Of a stretch of DNA of 64,000 nt, positions 21,005-29,584 are shown piece after piece. The notes beneath the pieces were generated by a model. That model saw only the letters and a list, made by a program, of their open reading frames with translations, was not told where the DNA came from and ran no database searches. The DNA comes from Clostridia bacterium. GTDB lineage: Bacteria; Bacillota; Clostridia; TANB77; CAG-465. The stretch spans positions 119,440-183,439 of the forward strand of contig JAZKXT010000012.1 in the NCBI GenBank assembly GCA_045611765.1. The letters are read 5' to 3'. How positions within the stretch are numbered: the first letter of the stretch is position 1; every line of letters begins with the position of its first letter. Made by a program: the position numbers and the translations under genes.

Positions 21005-23473
21005 CTAATCTTTCTTATCAGTTCCAGTATCTATTACGATATCGAAATCATCGTTATTTAAATCAAATGTTTTAATTGCTTCGTTTAATTCGTCGTTTTC
21101 CATAATAGCAGGTGGATTATCAGTATCGTTATGTGGAAGCTCTTGAGTTGCCACAGGATTTTCTACAAATCTTTCTTCAGATATTGAAGGAGTTCCAAAT
21201 GAATCAAATATATTATCATTATCTTCTTCCATAATATAAGCTGTTGGGCTTGTAGCAGTGCTACTAGAAAATCCACTAGATATAGGTTTGTTGATCATAA
21301 ACTTTTCAAAGTTATACATATATGCTGGATGCTTTTGTTTATACTTATCTTCTAAGAAACCAACTTTTCCTTCTCCGAACACTGTATTACCGTTAGGAGC
21401 TTTAGTTTTGTAATAGATATATCCGAACTTGTGCTCTGCAATTTTGTGTACTTTAAATCTTTCTTTATCTTTAACTTGTACAGATTTTTTAGCTTTAAAA
21501 TTACCGTCTAGAGGGTCGAAGCTAGAGGACATATCCACTTTCTTCGCCATACCAAATGCTTTATTCCAATATTCACTGTCTTCAGGAGTTGTATCGCCAA
21601 ATACAATTTGAGTTTTTGTATTTGCTAAAACCACTTCTCTATAATATTCCATACCTTTATGTTTCTCAAGTTGAGATAAGTTTTGGATTGCAATCATCGC
21701 TCCACATCTGTATTTTCTGAATAATGTAAACATTACTTCAGTATCCTTATTGATGTATTCTGGGAATTCATCAACAAACAAGAAGTGTGGTATACGAGAA
21801 TCTTCTGAACCAGGTCTTCTTAGTACTGCGTCTTGGAATTGAAGTATAAAGAACATACCAAATGCTTTAGATGCGATTATACCAAGTTCGCCTTTTCTAG
21901 AACATGCAGTTATAACTTGACCTTCACGTAAAGCTTTATCGAAATCGATTACGTTAGTTCTACCACAAAGCGCTTTCTTAATACCAGGATGTCTTAACAA
22001 GTTATTAAGTTGTGTAATAGCACCATATAGATATCTTTCAGTATCTTTTCTTCCGCTGCCACGAGTACCAGGTATTTCAAATCCGTTTATATTCAAACTT
22101 GGTTTATAGAAATTCTTTTCAAAGTACGCAATAAGCAGTTTGTATTTTTCAGCAAGTTCTGGTATTTTCTTCATATCTTCTGTCATTTCTTCAACTTTAT
22201 CAAAGTTATATAGTAAGTCTAATACGTCTTCTAATGATGGAAGTTCACCATTGTGAAGTCTAGGATACATTTCTTTAAGTAGTATAGATAAGTTTTGGAA
22301 TGCATCCGAAGTTAGGTTTGCAAAGAAAGCTTCTTCTTTTGCGCCTTCGCTTTGTTGCATAGATTTTAAAACATCGGCAATTATTGATGCTACTTTGGCT
22401 GGGTCATTAATTGCAAATGGATTCATACTTAAAGTGTGCTCTGGATCAGCAGGGTCTATTGTTAATACTTCGATATCAAAGTTTTTAGCAACGTTTGTGA
22501 AATCTGAAACATATTTACCATCGTTTTCAACAACTGTTATACCAACATTTCTAAAAACAACTTCTCCAGTAGAATCATTTTTATATAATATTAAATCTTC
22601 TAGTTCTTTGTAAAATTCTTTTTCTTTTCCCTTTTTAGGAAGCAAGTAATTTAAGTTGAAGTTTAAATTAATATATTCGTTAGAGTATGGCCCTACGATG
22701 TAAGCGACTCCTCTTTTTAATAATCCGAAAGCAAGTTTTTTAGAGTATTCTCTTAAGAAATATTTTTTCTCAAGGTCTCTTGAACTCATAGGAAGTAATA
22801 CGGCAGCTGTTTTACCTGTACCAGTAGCACCTTGTACAAGAGTAGCTTCCATTCTTTTCTTCTCTGAAACTACAACTGGTTTTAAAGTGTCTACATCTTT
22901 ACAGATTATATTTTCACAAGTAAATATTCCTTTATCTGCTTTAGGTTTTGAAACGGATAATCCACCAAAACCAATAATACCTTTCGTTATGTCTTCATCT
23001 CTTAATATTAGTAGGAAATAATCTATCATATAGAATATTCCAATGAATGGTACTACAAATGATACGGTTTTTATAGCTGGTGCAAATAACTCTGGATATT
23101 CTGATCTAATTAATGAATAATTAGGAACTTTTTCAAGAAGCATCCAAACCACTTTATTAATATTTGTAATTAATAATGATGCAGCAATAGAGCCAAATAT
23201 TCCAACAGTTATCATAAACCATTTTATACGAGCATCTTTACCAGAGATAAGCTTTGTATTTACTGCGTATGAATAACATAGCACAGGACAAATCAAAGCG
23301 GCGGCGTAGGTAATAGGTCCTGGTAAAAAGGCAAGTCTTCCATCGCTTATAATAAGCGTTACAAATTGTACCAAAACAAAAGCTGTTACGACTAATGTCA
23401 AAATGCCAAATAATACGGCAAGGAATTTGTTTTGGTCTTTAATTTTTAATTTACTAAGTATATTGTATAACAA
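21005..23473 (-). CDS. VirD4/TraG/TraD-type type IV coupling protein-like membrane ATPase (orphan)
   Basis: 822 aa with about 4 N-terminal TM helices. Walker A is LVQGATGTGKTAAV and Walker B is HFLFVDEFPEY. A T4CP-typical stretch reads AMIAIQNLSQLEKHKG..TKTQIVFGDTTPEDSEYWNKAFG. There is an acidic C-terminal tail. The start codon is TTG. Confidence 0.7.
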   Translation of the reverse strand: MLYNILSKLKIKDQNKFLAVLFGILTLVVTAFVLVQFVTLIISDGRLAFLPGPITYAAALICPVLCYSYAVNTKLISGKDARIKWFMITVGIFGSIAASLLITNINKVVWMLLEKVPNYSLIRSEYPELFAPAIKTVSFVVPFIGIFYMIDYFLLILRDEDITKGIIGFGGLSVSKPKADKGIFTCENIICKDVDTLKPVVVSEKKRMEATLVQGATGTGKTAAVLLPMSSRDLEKKYFLREYSKKLAFGLLKRGVAYIVGPYSNEYINLNFNLNYLLPKKGKEKEFYKELEDLILYKNDSTGEVVFRNVGITVVENDGKYVSDFTNVAKNFDIEVLTIDPADPEHTLSMNPFAINDPAKVASIIADVLKSMQQSEGAKEEAFFANLTSDAFQNLSILLKEMYPRLHNGELPSLEDVLDLLYNFDKVEEMTEDMKKIPELAEKYKLLIAYFEKNFYKPSLNINGFEIPGTRGSGRKDTERYLYGAITQLNNLLRHPGIKKALCGRTNVIDFDKALREGQVITACSRKGELGIIASKAFGMFFILQFQDAVLRRPGSEDSRIPHFLFVDEFPEYINKDTEVMFTLFRKYRCGAMIAIQNLSQLEKHKGMEYYREVVLANTKTQIVFGDTTPEDSEYWNKAFGMAKKVDMSSSFDPLDGNFKAKKSVQVKDKERFKVHKIAEHKFGYIYYKTKAPNGNTVFGEGKVGFLEDKYKQKHPAYMYNFEKFMINKPISSGFSSSTATSPTAYIMEEDNDNIFDSFGTPSISEERFVENPVATQELPHNDTDNPPAIMENDELNEAIKTFDLNNDDFDIVIDTGTDKKD

Positions 23474-23594
23474 AAAATCACCACTTTCATTTACGTTATT
23501 GTAATTAAACTAAATCTAATATATAATATACTACAGATTAACTAAAACTTCAAGTGAAACTTGACAAGTTTAGAGTAAAGTTGAGGTATTTTTT

Positions 23595-24128
23595 ATGAAA
23601 TGTATAATTGGATTAGGTAATATAGGAAATGAATACGAAAATACAAGGCATAATAGCGGCTTTATAGCTATAGATGAAATTGCAAAAAAATATAATATCG
23701 TTTTAGATAAAAAGAAGAAAAAGTGTATATATGGAGAAGGAATTATTAATGGTAATAAAGTGTCTTTAGTAAAACCTACAACATATATGAATTTGAGTGG
23801 TGAGGCTATTGTAGAAATGCTAAATTGGTATAAGATTACTACACAAGATATTATAGTAATATATGATGATGTAGATTTAAAATTTGGTACGATTAGATAT
23901 AGAGAAAAAGGAAGTAGCGGAACACATAACGGAATGAAGAATATAATAGCAAATTTAAAAACAGAAGAATTTGCTAGAGTTAGAGTTGGAATAGAAAATA
24001 GAGGCAACACACCTATACCACTTATGGATTACGTACTTCAAAAGTTTAATAAACAAGAGTTGGAAGAAATAAATGGGAAAATAGTTCCACAAGTAGAAGA
24101 AAATATATTAAACTTCTTGACAAAGTAA
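23595..24128 (+). CDS. pth: Peptidyl-tRNA hydrolase
   Basis: MKCIIGLGNIGNEYENTRHNSGF, then PTTYMNLSGEAI and GSSGTHNGMKNI motifs. Confidence 0.93.
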   Translation: MKCIIGLGNIGNEYENTRHNSGFIAIDEIAKKYNIVLDKKKKKCIYGEGIINGNKVSLVKPTTYMNLSGEAIVEMLNWYKITTQDIIVIYDDVDLKFGTIRYREKGSSGTHNGMKNIIANLKTEEFARVRVGIENRGNTPIPLMDYVLQKFNKQELEEINGKIVPQVEENILNFLTK

Positions 24129-24232
24129 AACATACGTGTTAAAATAAGAGGGTATTCCGTATGGATTGGGTATAAAAGTGTTTTAAAACCACCTACATTC
24201 AGCGAGAGCAAGCAAGAATTGGAGGAGAGAAT

Positions 24233-24589
24233 ATGTACGCTATAATTGAAGCATGTGGAAAACAATACAAAGTTTCTGAAGGAGATATTGTTTTCATGGA
24301 AAGACTTGATAATGAAGAAGGAACAACAGTTACTTTCGATCAAGTATTACTAGTTTCTGGCGACGACAAAACAGAGGTTGGAGCACCTACAGTTAAAAAT
24401 GCTAAGGTAACAGCAACAGTTGTTGGTCACGGAAAAGGTAAAAAAATAAGAGTGTTCAAGTACAAAGCTAAAAAGAATGAAAGAAAGACTAGAGGACACA
24501 GATGGTGCTACACTAAAGTTCAAATTGAAAAAATTTCTACTAAAGCACCTGCTAAAAAAGCTGAAACTACTGAAACAGCAGAAGCTTAA
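24233..24589 (+). CDS. rplU: 50S ribosomal protein L21
   Basis: [18 protein letters not shown]..., [17 protein letters not shown]. It carries a short Ala/Lys/Thr-rich C-terminal tail. Confidence 0.95.
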   Translation: MYAIIEACGKQYKVSEGDIVFMERLDNEEGTTVTFDQVLLVSGDDKTEVGAPTVKNAKVTATVVGHGKGKKIRVFKYKAKKNERKTRGHRWCYTKVQIEKISTKAPAKKAETTETAEA

Positions 24590-24625
24590 AGTTATTTAAA
24601 TGAATTTGAAAAGGAGTTGAGATAA

Positions 24626-24883
24626 ATGGCACATAAAAAAGGTGGTGGATCTACTAAGAACGGTAGAGACAGTATAGGTAAAAGACTTGGTGCTAAAAGA
24701 GCAGACGGACAATTTGTTCAAGCTGGAAATATATTAGTAAGACAAAGAGGAACAAAAATACATCCAGGAACAAATGTTGGAATCGGTAAAGATGATACAT
24801 TATTTGCTAAAGTAAGTGGAATACTTAAATTTGAAAGATTAGGTAGAGAAAAAACTAAAGCAAGTGTATATGAAGAAAAATAG
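24626..24883 (+). CDS. rpmA: 50S ribosomal protein L27 (no N-terminal propeptide)
   Basis: [31 protein letters not shown]. The protein starts directly at the mature-type AHKK sequence. Confidence 0.95.
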   Translation: MAHKKGGGSTKNGRDSIGKRLGAKRADGQFVQAGNILVRQRGTKIHPGTNVGIGKDDTLFAKVSGILKFERLGREKTKASVYEEK

Positions 24884-24893
24884 TTACAAAAAT

Positions 24894-24934
24894 AAAAAGA
24901 ATTCCTAGGGATTTAACCCTAGGAGTTCTTTTTT
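24894..24934. terminator. Bidirectional terminator shared by rpmA and the convergent membrane-protein gene
   Basis: A stem of about 14 bp, AGAATTCCTAGGG / CCCTAGGAGTTCT, flanked by an A-run and a T-run. The stop codon of the minus-strand gene lies inside the 3' arm. Confidence 0.8.
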
Positions 24935-25983
24935 ATCAGGCAAATTATGCCACAGATAATTATTACACCTATTCCTATAGGAAATGCGAATTGGAAGCAT
25001 CCAAGAATTGGTGCGAATACTGCTAGCGGCAAGTCGAATAAGATGAAACCAGTGAATTCATAATCACCAGCGACAATATCCTTAAATAGAATAAGGATGT
25101 TTATACCAATTCCTATTCCGCAAGTTATCAAGAAAGCAGACAGACAAGAGGTGAATTTACATTCTTTTACAAATAGACTCATTAAAACAGCTATGATACC
25201 ACCGATAAGCGATGAAAAGAAGCAAATTGTAATTCCGATATCACCTTCGGGAATATAGGTACTGAGGTCTTTCCAACTTTGAGGAATCATCTTGATTGCT
25301 ATGATTAAGACAAGTATGCCAATGGCTAACCAAGCAATAGGACCTAAGCATCCACTATTTTCTTCTGAACCACCGCTAGGTATTGGAGCAGGAGGCGGAG
25401 TAAAATCAGGTTTCTTATACTCATACTCTTGTTTAGGGGGCTCATAAATAGGTGGTTCCTCATGCCGCTTTTCTATTTTAGGCGGTTCTTGTTTAGGAGG
25501 AATATATTTTTGCTCCGGTTTATGTGGAAGCTCTTTTTGCACACTTTGCTGAGTAGAAGTTGTCTTTTTGGGTTGAGTTACCTTGGTTTTTTCTGGACTT
25601 TTCTTAGGTGTTTCGCTTGCCTTTTGTTTTGGCTCAGTACTACTGACGGGGCATGCAGTTTTCTTGATGAAAGGCGTAGTAAGAGAATGTTTGTAAGCAA
25701 TGTAACTTGCTAAGGCGCCCGAATGTGTGCCGGTGTAGGTTCCTAAAATCTTATTATATGACTGGTTACGCAAGATTTTATCTCTATTGTGAGCTTCGAG
25801 AATTCCTTCGTCATGCAAAATCCAACTGTGATCAGAGTAATGGTTAAACTTGGAAAGCAAAGAAGAAGTGCTAAGCCAGGTCACCCCGTTGTCATTATAG
25901 GTGGCACACATAATACCATCTATAAAAACATGGTTTTCATCATAGAAAATTTGCTTGTCTCCCAATTTCAAAACAAACTTCAT
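24919..25983 (-). CDS. Hypothetical membrane protein: N-terminal soluble domain, Pro/Lys/Glu-rich linker, C-terminal polytopic domain
   Basis: 354 aa. The linker reads PKQEPPKIEKRHEEPPIYEPPKQEYEYKKPDFTPPPAPIP. About 4 hydrophobic helices follow. No family recognised. Confidence 0.55.
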   Translation of the reverse strand: MKFVLKLGDKQIFYDENHVFIDGIMCATYNDNGVTWLSTSSLLSKFNHYSDHSWILHDEGILEAHNRDKILRNQSYNKILGTYTGTHSGALASYIAYKHSLTTPFIKKTACPVSSTEPKQKASETPKKSPEKTKVTQPKKTTSTQQSVQKELPHKPEQKYIPPKQEPPKIEKRHEEPPIYEPPKQEYEYKKPDFTPPPAPIPSGGSEENSGCLGPIAWLAIGILVLIIAIKMIPQSWKDLSTYIPEGDIGITICFFSSLIGGIIAVLMSLFVKECKFTSCLSAFLITCGIGIGINILILFKDIVAGDYEFTGFILFDLPLAVFAPILGCFQFAFPIGIGVIIICGIICLIKKNS

Positions 25984-26146
25984 ATGTCATACCTCCATAA
26001 AAATTTTTGTGGAATATACTATTTTAACTCTGTAAATTATATCATAGCGCTAGTGTTATGTCAACAAAACAAAATATCCTCATAATACTATTGTATATCT
26101 TTTTTAAATATTATATAATATATAATTATATATCGAGGTGAATTTT

Positions 26147-27172
26147 ATGGAAAATAGGAAAAGAATATTAACTGGAGATAGACCGACAGGAAAATTACAT
26201 ATTGGGCATTATTTTGGTTCTTTACAAAATAGAGCAAAACTACAGGATGATTATGATACATTTATCCTTGTGGCGGATGTTCAAGCGTTAACAGATAATT
26301 TTAATAATCCTGAAAAGGTTAGAGAAAATATATTAGAAACAACAATAGACAATTTGGCATCTGGTGTAGATCCTAAAAAATCTACATTTTTTATACAGTC
26401 TATGATACCAGAAATAGCTGAGCTTACTGTGTTTTACTCAAATCTTGTAACAGTTTCAAGATTGCAAAGAAATCCAACTATAAAAACAGAAATAGCTCAG
26501 AAAAAAGAATTGTTTGGAAACAGTGGCGAATCTGTAACTTATGGATTCTTAGGATATCCTGTAAGCCAAGCAGCAGATATTACAGCATTTAATGCAGATT
26601 TAGTTCCATGTGGTGAAGACCAAATGCCATTAATAGAACAGGCAAGGGAAATTGTAAGGAAGTTTAATTCACTATATGGTGAAGGAAAAGAAATACTTCG
26701 CGAACCTGAAGCATTAGTTAGCAAAAATGCTAGAATAAAAGGTCTAGATGGGAATGCCAAAATGGGTAAAAGTTTGGGTAATGCAATTTACCTTGCGGAT
26801 GACGATGAAACAATACGTGCAAAAATTAAGTCGGCTGTAACAGACCCTAACAAAATTAGAAAAGATGATCCAGCAAATCCAGATGTTTGTATGGTAGCAT
26901 ACTATCACAAATTATTTAGTGAAGACAATTTGGAAACAATATGTGATGAATGTAAAAAAGGTCACAGAGGTTGTGTAAACTGTAAAAAAGAACTTGCAGA
27001 TAATATTATAAAATATTTAGAACCAATAAGAGAAAGAAGAAGATATTATGAGAGCCACAAAGATGAGGTCAAAAAAATATTAGAAGATGGAACAAACAAA
27101 GTAAGAGAAATAACTCGTGAAACTTTAAGACAAGTAAAAGAGGCAATGAAAATAAATTACTTTAATGAATAG
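26147..27172 (+). CDS. trpS: Tryptophan--tRNA ligase
   Basis: Class I motifs GKLHIGHYFG (HIGH) and KMGKS (KMSKS). About 340 aa. I prefer the ATG at 26147, with GAGGTG upstream. Confidence 0.92.
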   Translation: MENRKRILTGDRPTGKLHIGHYFGSLQNRAKLQDDYDTFILVADVQALTDNFNNPEKVRENILETTIDNLASGVDPKKSTFFIQSMIPEIAELTVFYSNLVTVSRLQRNPTIKTEIAQKKELFGNSGESVTYGFLGYPVSQAADITAFNADLVPCGEDQMPLIEQAREIVRKFNSLYGEGKEILREPEALVSKNARIKGLDGNAKMGKSLGNAIYLADDDETIRAKIKSAVTDPNKIRKDDPANPDVCMVAYYHKLFSEDNLETICDECKKGHRGCVNCKKELADNIIKYLEPIRERRRYYESHKDEVKKILEDGTNKVREITRETLRQVKEAMKINYFNE

Positions 27173-27181
27173 GAGAATCAA

Positions 27182-28462
27182 ATGTTTGTAGATTACACAA
27201 AAATAAAAGTAAAAGCAGGAGACGGTGGAAATGGAGCAATGACCTTCCACAGAGAAAAATACGTAGATAACGGCGGCCCAGATGGTGGTGACGGTGGCCG
27301 TGGCGGTAGCATAATCTTTAAGGTGCATCCAGGAATGAATACACTACTAAACTTTAGTTATAATAAAAAGATAGAGGCTAAAAATGGTGAAAATGGTGCT
27401 AAAAAAAATGCTACTGGTAAGAGTGCGGAAGATGTTATAATTGATGTGCCTAAAGGAACGGTTGTAAGAGATTTGGCTACTGGTAAAATTATAGCAGATT
27501 TAGCTACTGATGGTGCCGAAGCGGTTATAGCACGTGGAGGAAAAGGTGGAAAAGGAAATCAACATTTCGCAAATTCTGTACGTCAAGCGCCTCGTTTTTC
27601 AGAACAAGGCGAACCAGGAGAACAAAAAGATCTAGAACTAGAATTAAAACTTATAGCTGATGTTGGACTTGTAGGATTTCCAAACGTAGGTAAATCTACA
27701 ATAATTTCTACGGTATCTTCAGCTAAACCTAAAGTTGCAAATTATCATTTTACAACACTTGAACCAAGTCTTGGGGTAGTTAAAGCCAAAGATGGAACTA
27801 CATTTGTAATGGCAGACATCCCGGGAATTATAGAAGGTGCAAGCGAAGGTGTAGGGCTTGGAATTAAATTCTTGAGACACGTAGAAAGGAATAGGATATT
27901 ACTACACGTAATAGATATTTCTGGAAGTGAAGATAGAGATCCGATAGACGATTATTATACAATTAATGTTGAACTTAGAAAGTTTAGTGAAAAGCTCGCA
28001 AACAAGCCGCAAATAATTGTAGCAAATAAATCTGATGTGTTAGTTGATGAAACAAAATTAGAAGAATTGAAAGAGGTTTGTGCGAGGGATGGTAGACAAG
28101 TAATTAGCATATCTGCTGCAACAAGAACTAATATAGACGAATTGGTAGAAGTAGTTGCAAAAACGTTAAAAGAACTTCCTGAAGAGCAAGAATCATTTGT
28201 GGACGAGGAAATATTTACAATAACTCTAGATAAAAATGATGAAGACGATTTTTATATTGAAATTATAGAGTGTGAATATTGTGTAAAAGGTCCTGCCATA
28301 GATAGACTTATGAGAAGAGTAAATGTGGAAGACTTTGAGTCAAGACAATATATGCAGCGTGCACTTAAAAACTTAGGAGTTATGTCAAAACTTAGAGAAA
28401 TGGATATTGAAGCGGGGGACACTGTGGATATTAAAGGGTTTAAATTCAATTGGGAAGAATAA
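27182..28462 (+). CDS. obg: GTPase Obg/CgtA
   Basis: Gly-rich Obg fold MFVDYTKIKVKAGDGGNG..GGPDGGDGGRGG, G-domain motifs GFPNVGKST, DIPG and NKSD, and a C-terminal TGS-like OCT domain. Confidence 0.95.
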   Translation: MFVDYTKIKVKAGDGGNGAMTFHREKYVDNGGPDGGDGGRGGSIIFKVHPGMNTLLNFSYNKKIEAKNGENGAKKNATGKSAEDVIIDVPKGTVVRDLATGKIIADLATDGAEAVIARGGKGGKGNQHFANSVRQAPRFSEQGEPGEQKDLELELKLIADVGLVGFPNVGKSTIISTVSSAKPKVANYHFTTLEPSLGVVKAKDGTTFVMADIPGIIEGASEGVGLGIKFLRHVERNRILLHVIDISGSEDRDPIDDYYTINVELRKFSEKLANKPQIIVANKSDVLVDETKLEELKEVCARDGRQVISISAATRTNIDELVEVVAKTLKELPEEQESFVDEEIFTITLDKNDEDDFYIEIIECEYCVKGPAIDRLMRRVNVEDFESRQYMQRALKNLGVMSKLREMDIEAGDTVDIKGFKFNWEE

Positions 28463-28506
28463 CCTGTGGACAACACGCATAATATGTATAAACAGGAGGC
28501 GTGTTA

Positions 28507-28761
28507 ATGGAATATTTAGGTTTTGTAGGAGCGATTATAGCTTTAATAATAATAGTAAGAATATTAGCTTGGCCAATAAAGAAAATTCTAAAGCTTTTTA
28601 TAAATGTAGCAATAGGCGTTGCGCTATTATTCTTATTTAATTCGTTTGGAGGAGCTTGGCTTGGAATAGTTATTCCAATAAATTGGATTACGGCATTAAT
28701 AGTAGGGCTTTTAGGAATTCCTGGATTTATTGGGGTACTAGTATTTTCTTTAATATTTTAA
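28507..28761 (+). CDS. bofA: Pro-sigma-K processing inhibitor BofA-like membrane protein
   Basis: About 84 aa with two TM segments. The pattern NVAIGVALLFLFN...IPINWITALIVGLLGIPG resembles the BofA family. I prefer the ATG at 28507, with AGGAGG upstream. Confidence 0.65.
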   Translation: MEYLGFVGAIIALIIIVRILAWPIKKILKLFINVAIGVALLFLFNSFGGAWLGIVIPINWITALIVGLLGIPGFIGVLVFSLIF

Positions 28762-28790
28762 TTGAAATTAAATTCCGCTTGTGGTACAAT
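28762..28790 (+). promoter_or_regulatory. Sigma-A-type promoter for tRNA-Gly (TTGAAA-17-TACAAT with TG extension)
   Basis: TTGAAAttaaattccgcttgTGgTACAAT with an exact 17-nt spacer. The predicted TSS is a few nt upstream of the mature tRNA 5' end. Confidence 0.6.
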
Positions 28791-28800
28791 AAGACCATAA

Positions 28801-28874
28801 GCGGAATTAGTTTAGTGGTAGAATGCAAGGCTTCCGATCTTTCGGCGTGGGTTCGATTCCCACATTCCGCTCCA
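28801..28874 (+). tRNA. tRNA-Gly (anticodon UCC), CCA encoded
   Basis: Manual cloverleaf. The acceptor stem is GCGGAAT/ATTCCGC and the discriminator is U, typical for bacterial tRNA-Gly. The T-arm is GTGGG-TTCGATT-CCCAC and the anticodon loop is CTTCCGA. The anticodon stem is weak (C-T mismatch plus one G-U pair). Confidence 0.8.
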
Positions 28875-28877
28875 TAG

Positions 28878-28918
28878 AAAAACAACTTACGGTAAAATGT
28901 GGCACCGTAAGTTGTTTT
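28878..28918. terminator. Bidirectional terminator between tRNA-Gly and the convergent HD gene
   Basis: AACAACTTACGGT / ACCGTAAGTTGTT stem with A and T flanks. Confidence 0.75.
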
Positions 28919-28923
28919 ATATA

Positions 28924-29583
28924 TTAATAATTTGCATTCCATTCATCTAAAAATTCATTTACAAAATCTTTCATATAATCTGTTCTTTTTTTAGCTAGTT
29001 CTTTAGCAGTTTTGGTATTCATATTATCTCCAAGTTTAAATAGTTTATGATAGAAATGGTGTATTGTAGAGGCGTCATCCTTTTCATCTTCTGAATAATC
29101 ATTTTGGGTATTTAATGGAACGCTAGAATTATACATAACTATATTATGAGCACCGCCATAAGAAAAAGTTCTACCAATTCCAATAGCACCAATAGCGTCT
29201 AAATTATCGGCATCTTGTAATATCAAAGCATTTATATCATCAACATTATTTCCATACCAATTATATAGTTCGTGATATTCAATACAGTAACAAATTTTAT
29301 CTATTTGTTCATTAGATAAATCTACTTTGGATAATATTTTTCTAATAGTACCTAAAGAGTCTTTAGGCGAAACAAAAGAGCCTGTTTCATTTTGCATTAT
29401 TCTATGTACATCGTGAAGAAAAGCAGCAATACCTATTACTATTCTGTCTCCACCTTCTTTTCCTTGAAGATACAATGCGGTATTCATTGTTCTTTCTAAA
29501 TGACTAATATCGTGACCGCTAGAATCCTTTTTAAACAATTCGATTACAATAGGTCGTAAATCTTCTATATATTTTTCTAACAT
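28924..29583 (-). CDS. HD-domain phosphohydrolase
   Basis: 219 aa with GHDISHLERT and FLHDVHR metal-binding motifs. Confidence 0.7.
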   Translation of the reverse strand: MLEKYIEDLRPIVIELFKKDSSGHDISHLERTMNTALYLQGKEGGDRIVIGIAAFLHDVHRIMQNETGSFVSPKDSLGTIRKILSKVDLSNEQIDKICYCIEYHELYNWYGNNVDDINALILQDADNLDAIGAIGIGRTFSYGGAHNIVMYNSSVPLNTQNDYSEDEKDDASTIHHFYHKLFKLGDNMNTKTAKELAKKRTDYMKDFVNEFLDEWNANY

Positions 29584-29584
29584 G

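Noticed and set aside
24129-24232. A ribosomal L21-leader type regulatory RNA upstream of rplU.
   Set aside because: The position is right and there is a GGGTA direct repeat, but I cannot fold a convincing conserved structure by eye. It needs a covariance-model search before being called.
25984-26146. A T-box leader upstream of trpS.
   Set aside because: The spacer is only about 160 nt and almost pure A/T. I found no T-box sequence (AATTAGGGTGGTACCGCG-like), specifier loop or terminator/antiterminator pair.
28656-28942. ORFs at 28656-28877 (+) and 28727-28942 (-) overlap the tRNA-Gly gene.
   Set aside because: They run across a tRNA, its promoter and a terminator and have no RBS. They are spurious.
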